DNA of 64,000 bases from the NCBI GenBank assembly GCA_013265495.1, contig MU058287.1, positions 620,001 through 684,000 of the forward strand, read 5' to 3'. A program made the translations under genes and the position numbers. The DNA is from Vicugna vicugna (lineage: Eukaryota). The notes beneath the pieces are model-generated. The model worked only from the letters and a program-made list of their open reading frames with translations, made no database searches and was not told where the DNA came from. Each line of letters opens with the position of its first letter. Position 1 is the stretch's first letter. Below, one piece after another: positions 25,603 to 37,600 of the stretch.

Positions 25603-28600
25603 GTGAGGAAATTAATCATACGTTTCAAATAATGTGATCCTTCATTCTTTGGCCTTTCTTTCCTTTTCTTTTGAAATTTAAGATGATCATGGTCTTTGGG
25701 AGATTAAACAGTGGGTACCACACTCCGAGCATCTTGCTTTAATTCGGGAAGCCTCTGTGTGCTACAGAGAATCTAAAGTATTCTAGGGAAGAAATTCAAT
25801 GGCCTTCTGGGTGAGTCCCTCACCATATGTTACCCTAAACCGAAAGCTTTACAAAGCTACTGTGGCTGGAGATACAGATAAGATACAGACGCTTACGTGA
25901 CTTCCCTTTTCTTGAGCTTCAGTCTTTCTGTACAAGCAAACTCAGTTGTTTGAGTAAATTCAGTTTTAGCTCAGCTCATGCCTTTTGGCTTCTTACGTCC
26001 ATCAGTAAAAGAAGAGAGAGAGAAAAGAGATGGTAAACATGCCTCTTGTCCTTTATAGTCTAGAATACACGTGTGCAAATGTGCAGGCAACAAGGCACGA
26101 GTGAGCAAATTAAATTAACCTGCGTTACGCGTTCTCTCAAGTCGTTTTCCCAGCATTGTTCTCTTTTCATTTCTTTGGGTCTGCTTGTTTCTCACCTTTT
26201 CACTAACAATGATTATTTCTGACTGTTTTTCCCTCCTTCTAACTGTCCCTTTCCTCCTCTGTCCTCCTCCCAAGGGGAAATTCTTGCTCAAAAAGAAAAG
26301 GATTAGATGGAAACTGAGTTAGATTCTCAAAAGAAGATACCAAGATTGTTTTTTTTCCCTGCAAATAAATAACACCAAATAACTTTCATTGCTTCCACCA
26401 CTATAAAACTAAAGGAAATTTTTGTTGCAACGCTGTTGATTTACCTCTTGCCTTCTCCCACTCCACCCCCCTGAACATTTACTGGGGTAAGATATTATTA
26501 TTGTACTTTTATGGGCACAAAGAAAATGCTATTAATTTGGAATTGAAATATGAATGCTTCTCTTTTCCTGATATATGTTTCTTGCAAAGAGCTTAACGTC
26601 TTTTGGCATTTACTACTTATAAATCCAAATGACACACTTTTTCCAACATTAGATTAATTCTAGAGTGGAGCTAGGAGATGCTTTACTGTTGTACTCTTGC
26701 TTCAAAGAATGTAAAGTCTGGAGTGAATAATGCCACTTTTCTTGAGCCCTCGCAATTTTAGGTGTTTTACTTCAGTTTCTGGCCAATTATACTCTTCTCA
26801 CTCCATTTTATGAATGAACGTTAAGTATTCCCTAATTTTCTATTACTTTGATGCTATTCATTTTCTACCTGAAACTTTTAGAAATAAAAAATGTACATCT
26901 TCAGCATTTTTGCACTTGAAGTTGGACTTGCAGTATCAAAGCTTGCCCCCTCTCAAATCTCACTGGAGGTAGCAGAGAAATTATGTGTCCACTGAAAATT
27001 CAGCACCGGGCAATCACCTTTATGGGGTGATATCCTTTATTTGGAAACATTTTAAAGAAAGAAAAAAATGGAAAAACTTATGATTGAAATTGTTAATGAG
27101 TCTAAAGATAGAGACTAAAGACCGCTTTTGTAGCCCATTAAAAGTGTAGCTAGAAAGGTATTTCACTTGTTCTAAAAACAAGTGGCAGTGGTCAATTTTA
27201 AAAAATATTTAGAATTGCTTGATTTTTATTTTGCCTAATCCGTTAAACTATTTGCAAGATGAATTACAATCTCATGTACTTACCTTCTGGAAATCTTGAC
27301 TCTATTTGGTCTTTTTTATTTGATGTTTGCAGACTAGAACAGATGTTAATTGCAGAGCATTAAAAGTTTTAAAACATAAAATAACCACCTTAAGCGTAGA
27401 GGTGTAGGCTTAGTGTTTGGGAAGTCATCAGTTACTGAGTTTTTCTTTGCACTTTTTGCATGATCCCTATATAGAGCTATAGAAATTACGTAATATTTAG
27501 AAGTTCTCTTTGAGGCTTATTGTAAATAGAGTCCTTCCCCTCTTTCAGCCAAGAAAGAGAAAATAGTTTTCTGTCATTCTTCCAAAAACAATTATCTTGA
27601 GAATTTCGGTCTGTTTTCAGCTCTAGACAGAGACTGGAAGCCGCTGTGCTTGGTGACAACCTCCTCTCTTCTGCCAGCAGAGGTTCATTCTTCACCCTGA
27701 TGTGCTTGACCTTGCCTGAGCTCTTGACAGTGCTTGTCAGTTATGCCCTTTGTTCAGTGGAGCAGACAGGCTTGTAAAATCGCACCAGCTACCCTGGGTT
27801 TGACCTCGTCCCATCCCACTCCACAGCTTCACTCCCAGCTGTTATTATCCCTTTTAGATGAGCTTTTTCACACCAAGCCCTAATTTTAATGTGAAAATTT
27901 TGTGATTTGTCTTCTCTCCTGAGAAGTCCTTGGTCTAGTCCAAGTTTAGTCCTTAACTTCTGGTTCTTTCCTTCTGCTTTCTGCCTTCTCCCTTAACCTT
28001 GACATAAAGGCATGTAAATGTTTTCGCCTGCCCACCAGCCTCCTTTCTTTTTCTCCCGTGGTGTCCTTTTTAACCTTCTAATGAGTCACTTACCTTTTGT
28101 TCTTAAGTGATTTTCTTCTTCTCTCTGTTAACTCCATCCCCAGTACAGCTGTTTACCAGAAAGGCGGAAACCCCTCAAACACGCTCATGCTCCTGATTTC
28201 CGTGTGCTTTATCTCTTGGTTTACTTTAAGCCTAGGACTCTTTTCGGAGTTTTCTCCTTTCCTTGCATACAAATGCTCCGATAAGATTTGGAGTGGGCGT
28301 CTTCCAGTAACCTGCAGTCCGGCTCAACGTCTTGTCTTGTCTTCCTTTGCTGAGCTTATGTTTTACTTACATACATAAACTATATCAAGGACTTACACTT
28401 ATTTTAATTCTAAAATAATACATAAAACCAGAAAACCTTTTCAATACACACACCAATTAATTATTAACTCCAGTTCTCTTCTGTTCTTGAATTCCGTATC
28501 TATTACAAACATGCCTCCTTTTTCTACAGTTATTTCCTATACTTCAGCTTTGTTTCATATCTCAAAGTACCTTTCCACATTGTTGACTGCTTCTCTCTGT

Positions 28601-31600
28601 CATGTAATAATCCAATTTCTTCTTGTGCCACAATTATTTAATTTTCTCTCTAGCTTTTTGTTCTGAATTTTAAAAATTAGTTATTTAATCTATTAATGAA
28701 TTTTTAATGTAATAATGGTTAAAATAGAATTGTTTTGTTACCATGTTTTATTACCATCTAAAGTCAGAGAAAACAAAGATAAATTTATATGTGAGTTACC
28801 TAAAAACTGAGGATTTTTATGTGAAGAAGCGGTTTTCTGTTTTGTCTGAAATTTTCCATTCTTAGATTACTTTCTATTATTTTTTTAATCTAATACCTGG
28901 ACATTGTATTGTGTCTCCTCTCCTTTTTTATAGTAAATTTCTTGGGATCCAGTAATAAGAAATAAGAATCTTTTGGTTTCTTTTTGGTTTGTCGCATGAT
29001 CTTTAAAAAGTCATTACCTTAATTTTCCTGAAATAGTTAAGATTTACTTGCAATGGCATTGCCTTCAGTTATTGTCTATTTTAGTTTTATGCAGGAATCA
29101 GACTATAGGTACTTGGAAGTTACATGACTAAGGAACAATTTTTTCATTTTAAGCATAATGTAAATCCATGATATGTATTTTAGTTATTTAAAATGCCATG
29201 CTTATTTTTGTCAAGAAGGCCAATGGATTTTATTGTCGAGCCAAAGCAATTCAATCATATCTAATGAAAAATTGGAAGATGGTCTCTTTTTTAGATTGAT
29301 TGCCAAAATAAGATCAATCAAAAATTGCATAAAATCAGCTCTAATCATGCATTTTTTCAAGTTTGTTAAGTAAAAACTTCATTAATTTCTTCTTTTACAA
29401 AGCCTCTTAAAGTTTTCCTGGTATGAACTAGGGTTAAATTATCAATCATCACTGAATTAAGAGTTTTTGCAAAATCTCTTTCACTTTAGAAACTCCTAGG
29501 GATTATAAACATTCAGAAGTGTTAAATTGGTTATTTGTGATTTAGATAACATTAAATTTTAACTTCAGTTGTGGTTTCTTAAAAATTCCTCCGTACTTAT
29601 TTTTTTAACATTTTTTTCCCTAATGTTTTCAAATTATTATGAGCCCGACTTAAAGACTTTTTTGTCAGTTACGTGTTTCAGTTCCCTGAGTACATTTTAA
29701 GATTTCTATAAATAAGAAGATGAAAATACAATCTACTTATTACCATCTTTCCCTGAAAAAGAGTAGCAGTTATATTACTGTGTAAAGTTAACATCTCATG
29801 GATGTAATATTGTGGAGACAGTGGTGCTTGGAAATGTTCATATTCTCCCACTGATTGTTTGTATGTGTAACTGCATTTCATGTTATTTGTGTATTTGCAT
29901 TCACCTTGTGTGTTTGGTGCTTGTTAAAACGTTTATTCCATTTTTCAGATTCCTCCTTTTACCGTTCAGTTTCTGAATGACAAAGAGGCTCCTAAGTATT
30001 GACTTCAGCCAAAACTAAGCCAAAGAAGAGAGGGACTCAGCTGCCCAGGGGTGTTTTGTAATTAGCTTCACCATTCTTACTCCCTTGAGATGACTTCTGG
30101 ATACCCCCTCCATAGCTGCTTCCCCCAAGACTAAGAATTTTCTAGCTCTTTCGTTTGAATGAATTATTCAGTTAAACATGGGGAAACATTGCAGGATGTA
30201 TTTGGCTCCCAGGACTGAAACCTAAACCTGAACCCTACAGTCCTAGTAACTGGAAAACTGGGTTTTAAGAAAGCCATCAAGTTAGACATCTAGGTGTTTC
30301 TCTCCCCATTTTTAGATGGAGATGTAACAGTTAACTTTGAAAATTCAAACGGGCACATGATACCCATCGGAGAGGAATCTACCCAAGAGGAAAATGTAGT
30401 AAAATCTGAAGAAGGTAATGGCTCTGTAGCCGAAAAACCACCACCTCTGGAGGAAAAGGCAGAAGATAAGAAAGGTAAAATCAAGCGAAACCCCATATTC
30501 TTTTACTTCAATACAGCTCAATGTCGAGAATCAGGTTGTAGGCTCCAAACAGTTACCCTAAGACCAGTGGAGAGAGAGGGGTTTTGCAAACACAAAGAGG
30601 AGAGAAATGAGAACTAGCCAAGAGAAATTGGATGATTTCCTCAGATAGATACATCCATTGTATAAGCACATCATTTAATTTTTCAGTAAAGGGGGCTAAT
30701 TAGCAGAGAGCATCAGAATGGGCGGCCTCTTCAATCGTTTAAGATGTCTGGGAATGTTATCCTTTCCTCATGACCTTTTTCTCAAGTCTCTTCTTTTAAA
30801 AAAAAAAAGCCAACAGTCTGAACATCTTTCTCTGCTGGTTAGTTTCAAATTTAGCAGCTCAGTTTGGAGGAATATCAAAACAAGATGGCTCTTTCAGCCC
30901 AACATGGCCTCTTTAGAAGTGGGTGGCATCCACACACCCAAAACTGTGGTTCTGGTCCAGGTTCAGACATTTCTGAGAGAGACCCAGGAATAGTTCCCAG
31001 TAATGCCAGGAATTTTGGTTGCTGTAGTGGCCATAGCTTCTGCTCCATGATTTGTCTGTGCAGTTGGAAATTTCAGAATATGCCAGAGGCAGTTATGCCA
31101 TTCCCTGAAGGCTTCTTTAGAGACTTCAGTTTCTAGAGTGAAATACCATGGTAGATTGTGTAACTGCAAAATACATGTCTATCAAGGACCCCTAGAATGT
31201 TAACAAGCTCTTGGTCACTGATTGGTTACATCTCCTGTTGATTATACCACTGCTGTCATGGTTGCAGGAACCCACAAGTCTCATACTTATGCAAACCTGA
31301 ACTGAAACTCCCGTGAGGGGAGGCTTTGTTGGGAGAGTCTAGATGATTTCATGCAGCATAGAAATGAATCCTCAGGACATAGGCTATTTCTTGCTCTATG
31401 ATGTCTGCCTTGGAGCTGGATGGCAAAAATTTGTTAAACCTAGTTTGGGTTCTCTGGGCATTTTGAGAACTCTTAGAAACTGCTGGAAGCAAACTTCTCT
31501 TCCTCTGTTCTTGACCCAAATCCTCCAAAGGTAAAGGGAACAAAAGAACATTTGACAGACGTAGCTTAAAATCATCTTCTCTGGAAGTCCATAACCCCTG

Positions 31601-34600
31601 ATTATTTGCATATAAATTAGCCTTTAAAAATTTTAGAAGCCTCTATTAATAGTCCGTTGGAAATTTATTCTTTTGCTTTATTCAATATTAAGTGTAGCAT
31701 TCATGGGGCTTTACTAAGTCTTTCCATTGAAGGATTCTGATTATGCTTAAGAATACTGATTATGAGAAATTAACTAACATTTTTAATGATATTTCTGGAA
31801 CATAAAAAGAAAACAAACCTAAATAGATTTTAAGAGGATTCAGTTGAAAGTATTAATGCAGTGATATCTTTTTACTTTTATTTTTCAGTCCCACTGTCCT
31901 GTCTCACCAAATTGTTACATTTCAGATCCATCTGTGGTTTGTCCCTGGTACAGCCTTTTCACATTCAAGAATCACATCCTTCATTATGGAACAGTGCCAT
32001 CTCTAGTGCTTGCGTGGTCCTTGGGGAATGTCAATCAGTGGTCTGGACAGACCTCAAAGGAAGTGTTTCCCTTATCAGCCTAATAAAAAGTTGCTGACAG
32101 TTTTATGTTAATTAAACCGGCAAGCCTTGATGTTCCAAAAAGATGGCAGACTTCATAAGTTCATGGATGTTTGAGAGATGTTTTTGTTTTCTTATTCTTT
32201 ACTTGGGATGATTAGTACATTCAGTTCTTTTCTAAGGTCCGAGATAGCATCTTGCTTGGCTGGTCTGTACATGAGGATATGGAGGGGCTGGACACGGTGC
32301 CACTCCACTAAGACAGAGTAGCCTCCCTCTTGCTGTGTGGACGGTGCGCCCTCCAGGAGCCCCGCTGAGTGAGGGGAAGCGTTCCGTGTGGAAGCCGCTT
32401 CCTGACAGTAGTAAGAATGTCACTCCTAACTAACATCACATAGTGTTACGTTAAACACAAAATCCCTTATAGACGAACTATTCATTTCTCTGGAAAGACA
32501 ATGTTTAATTCTAAAAAAACCCCCCAAAACAAAAAAACCTATGAGTCACTTTTATCTCTGCTCCTCTACTGCTGTCACTTCTTGTTCGAGCTCACTGCCA
32601 TGCACATCCACCCTCCCCTGTTCTCAGTTCACCCTTTGTTTTGGAGTGTGACACTCTCCTTCCCTTTGCATTAAGCCAGGCTACCCAAGCGCATTCTTTC
32701 ATCTAATTGATTATATTTGCAAAACCACATCCCGTACCATCCCAGATGCTTGTGTCCCTTTCTAAGACAGCATGTCAGTACTTGAATGTTCGAAACATCT
32801 GTGTCAAGACAAAACAAATGGCAAGTGGCCTCCACGCTGCTCTGTGGGTAGTTACCACCTGGGGCTCGTGGCTGGTCCTGGGGCTCCTGAAGGCACCTGA
32901 TTCTGCAGCTGGAGGTGGTTTGGGCCTCTTCTGCCTAACGCTGGAGACTTTTCCCTGAAGGCCTTCAGGTCTCTTAGTCTCCCATTATTCTTTTTCAATA
33001 AATGCCCTTAAATATATGAGGCAGAAAAACTGACCTAAAATCTGTTTAAAATAGCTTGGTATTAAATATGAGAAATCTGAAAAGTAATAGATATTTTATC
33101 TCGAGTCATTGTAGAGAACTTTCCATGAAGTAAGAAGTCACTTACATGCATTTGTTCCCCGCATCAGCATGAAGGTCTACCATGAGTAAGACTCCACAGG
33201 GGCCAGGTCAGGAGTGCGCTGTGCATGAGAAACGGCCTTTGCCTTCAAGTGAATCATAGCCCACGATGAGACCAGCATGCAAAAGGGCAGTTGTAATACA
33301 AGATGCAAAGTGCTTTGGCAGGCCCAAGGACAGCAAGCCAGGGAGCTTGCAAAGGGGACCAGGAAGGTTTGTAGAGGAAGAAGTTTCCAAACTGAGACTT
33401 GGAGGAGACAAGCAGGAGGCAGTCAGATGAAGGAAAGGCATGGGGGCAGAAGTGTATTCAAGACAAGGTAAAGGCGTCCTGCAGGTCTCAAATATGCTGG
33501 ACTCAGCTCTCCATGTGGGGGGAGGAGGCAAACCCAAAAGTGTAGTCAACAGCTACCCTCCACATTGTTGTGAGACTGAGTAGCCTCGTCAAGCCAGAGT
33601 GCAGAGGCAGCCCTTTCTTAACCTCCTCTTGAAAAGCTAATACTCCTCTACGCCATCAGTTTATGCCATGTCTTCAGATCGTGTGCTAATAGTAAAAACT
33701 ACCTCTTGACTTAATTCATTATTTCTGAGATACAAGAGTTCGTTTCCTACTAACATGTGTTAATAACTATCAACCAATCAGTCACTATCACTGAAGAGCC
33801 GTAATGTTTAGAGCACTGTCTTTGATGGGATATAAAATTTCGGATCAAAGGAGTTTATAATTTGGTCAGAAAAGCATACTGTTTATGCATACGTGCGCAT
33901 GTGCACACGTGCACACGTGCACTCACACACACCCCCGAGGAATCACTGCAGAGTAAACACAAACATTGGCCATATGGCAAACACACCCAGATAATTGGTA
34001 GAGTTTGCAGGGGAAGGAGGAGTGGACCAGGCTTTTCCAAGAGCAGCTGGAAGTTTACATGCGGAGGGCGCATTCTCACCCCCGTCGGGATTGTCATTCC
34101 CAACTATCACGGGGCAAACCAGCTTCTTCCCAAACCCGGAAGCTGGATTTGGGGGGGAACAACTTTAGAATTTAAAAATCTTAGGCAGACAGAAAAAGAA
34201 ACCCCTCAATAATATGCTGTGAAGACGGAGGAGAAGACATGTGAGGGTTTGTAGCATTAAAGAGAATTAAGATACCAAGTGGTGCAGATCAGTCTGACTG
34301 CCTCTCGTCATGGACAGTGTCACTGGGCTGGTTCTCCATGCATGCGCCAAAGGTTCAAAGATGTATTTAAAGAGCAAGCCTCTACCCTAAGTCAAAAGAC
34401 TAGCAAGTCAATGTGTATTTATACGTTTTACACTAAAGTAAAATGTTTTCCATGTCTGTCAACTTGTGTTGCTCTCAACCCTCATTGTCTTTTGTGGTGT
34501 AGTAGCTGTCTGGTTCGGACCAGCTGGGCTGAGACAGCCACTACTGTAGTACAGATGATAAGTCGCTTAGCTGAGGGGACAAGGGTTATAAGCAGAGAGG

Positions 34601-37600
34601 CAAACATACAAGTAGCCCTTGATAAATGTTGACTAAATAGCTCAGACAGTGAGTACAGTCAAGTTCAGATGCAGGAGGGGTCCATTTGGGCTGCAGTGAC
34701 TGGGGTGGGTTTCATGGTTGTGGGAAGGTAAAAGGAAAGTTTCATTCATTACCTACTGTAATTTAAATCATTTGTATGATAGTTACATATGTGGCTTGAT
34801 GGGTATATAGTAAAAGAAAAAAGAGGTGTGGGGAGTCCTCACTTCACATGCACTCGGATGAGAAATGAAACAAAAGAAATAATAATAAAATGTGATGCAT
34901 CCACTTTTAAAACCTTTTCTTGGTCATTCAATAATGGAAGAACATACTCAGTAAAGTCTCAATCTTGTCTTGACGCTGTCTTACTTTTTTTTTTAATTGT
35001 GCTCCATTTTTAAAGAAATGCTGCTTAGCTCTTTGGACCAGAACTGTATTTTAATTTTAATCAGTCACTAATTAAAAAAATAAGGATACGAATATATGAA
35101 CGTTCAGCATCTCCACTTTTTTCTTTTTTAATGAGAGACCAATACTCCTCTAGTTATTCAAAATCTTGTGCGAGGCTTTTGTTCTTAGGTATGATTTTTT
35201 TTTAATGAAGTTTAACCTTTATGTTTTCAAACTCATTACTTGTGTTTACATTACAAAACGAATTTGGTATTTTGGGGGGATTCTGCACCCTCCAGTACCT
35301 ACAGTTGTGACACTGAAAAGGTCGGAGGAAGTTATTGTAAAACAGGAAGCTGTGCTGGTGCATTGGGAGAGCTTAAGAAAATTTTGAAAGAATAGAACAT
35401 AGTTTATCCTTCAGTGCATTGTGCTTCCTGTACCAGATTCTACAAAGTCTCCCTTGGCTTAGAAAGCAGTTGATTTTTGAGCACAGTGAGGCAGAGACAG
35501 AACACAGATCCCTTGCAGGTTCATGGGCGTGAGCTCTCCTGAGCGAGCCCCTCAGCGGAGGGTACGAGGTCACTGTGAGTCTAGTCATTTCTGTGCTGTC
35601 GGCCCTCACCCCACGATGGAGTGTGTGACACACTGCTCTGCCACTCTCGGGGCCCTTCAATTTTGTAAAAAGTTTAGCACTCCTACCCACATCATCATCC
35701 AGCACCCATCTATTTAAGTCTGGTGTCAGCCCCCAACCGTCGACATTGACACATCCTCAGCTTAACTCATCACAGTCACTTGTGCAACCCTGTTTTATCA
35801 CAAGGGTGATTAGTGACCTGGAGAACACACCCTAGTTTGGCTTTCAGCCTTTGATCTTCTTTACCCCAAACCCCGCTGTCTCTGGTACAGAACCTCACTG
35901 GTTCCCAAGGGCCAAGCAGCCAGACATGTGTATCACTGTCACTGTGTGTCTCGCTCCCTCTGTTTCTATGCTGTGTGTCTGTATCAGTCTGCTTCTGTTC
36001 ACTTTCTCATTTGTAGAGATCACTGAAAACCACTCTGAAACACCGGCAGCTCCTGCTCCACCTCCTCCAGCTCTTCCTAAGCCTAAATCCAAACCTAAGC
36101 CCCAAAAAACACCAGTGCCTCCAAAAGGGGCCGCTGCTGGGGCCAGCCCCAAGGGTGACGAAGTGCCTCCTATTAAAAAAAATACCAAGGCTCCTGGTAA
36201 GCAGGCCCCCGTCCCTCCACCCAAGCCAACAAGCCGAAACGCACCCCGAGAGGCTGGTGAGTATGCCCTCTGTGGGGTTGAGTCTAGGGTCCTTGGCTCT
36301 GGGGTGGGGCAGTTGCTTTTCCTAGGAACGATGGAGTCTGGCATCTTAGGATGTAACACCAGTGGATTCAGCTTTGACACAGAGAAAGCCCAGGAAATTC
36401 CTCTGTGGCTATCTCTACTGAAGAAAAGTCAACCAGTTGATCCATTCACCTCATTAAGTTTAGGGTGAATAGACTTTTTTCATCCTGAGTATCCACTGTC
36501 TCCCTAGACCCATGGAAGGGTCCGGGCAGTCGTCTGCCTGATGAACAATGACATTGTTTAAACATCAGCTGGCCTGCATATATGAGTTTACAGGTGGCTG
36601 TTTGGCTTGGGTTTTCTTTCAAGACATCTGTAGTTTTCCCATAAAAACATGGTGCTTATGTCTTTGACATATTTGCTGGAGCTTAATGTCTTAAATGTTA
36701 TAGTTGTTCCTCTACTGACAAATGACAGTGGGTTCCCATCACTCAGTGCAGCTCTGCCCCACCGCTCTCCACTGGAGTCACAACCGCTCAGCGGCGTTGA
36801 AAGTTACATGCCCAGTGCCCCTTCCCGACCCCAGCGGACTTCAGTGTGTTACAAGGAAAAGCACGTAGTGGTGTGGTCCCAAGCTGCTACTGCCGATCAC
36901 CAGGGGATATTTAGGGGTTTCATAACTTCATGTCAGTGCATCCAGCTTTCCTTTCACATCAGGTCTGCTTAATGCAAAGTGGAGCCCCCGTTCTAGTGAA
37001 GTGAAATCAAGAAGCCTACCGTGTCATCCAGCTTTTAAAAGGACATTAATCCAAGTACATACGCTGAGTGGCTTTTTCCCATTAGCACATGCATGAAAGT
37101 CCTCCTGTATTTTATAGCAGACATCATTTTCCTTAAAATCAGCAGCAACTTTCTCGAAACCAGCTACCAGGCTATGCCTTGGTATTGCTCTTTTTCTCCT
37201 CTTAATTTATACTGATAATGCTCAAATTCAGAGAATGGCTTAGGTGACAATATAACAGAATTCCGATGCAAATAGATGTCTCTCTCCCGGGGTTCCACTC
37301 TCCTGCCATTGGCCTTGCTTGTCTGGTCTCTTCTGATAAGCTCTAAAATGAAAGTCTCAGATTGCTGTGGGAACAGTGCCCAAGGGCCATTTTCTCTGGG
37401 ACCGACTGCCATCCATCACACGTCAGCGTCTGTCCTTTGGTGTCTGTGTGTGTTTCCCAGACTGCCCTAGCATACCCTCAGAGCAGAGACGATTCACTTC
37501 TTGAAGAAAATCCCCAAGATCTGCCCGTGTCCTTGTGAGTTAAGACCCTGCCTCGCACAAGCTTTCCCACTTCTCCATGCCCTACATGGTCCAGCTCATA

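Noticed and set aside
35851..36468. 205-aa ORF as a standalone gene, and antisense ORFs 35895..36380 and 39953..40354
   Set aside because: The first is the 240-nt exon plus intron read-through. The antisense ORFs are shadows of GC-rich Pro-coding exons.
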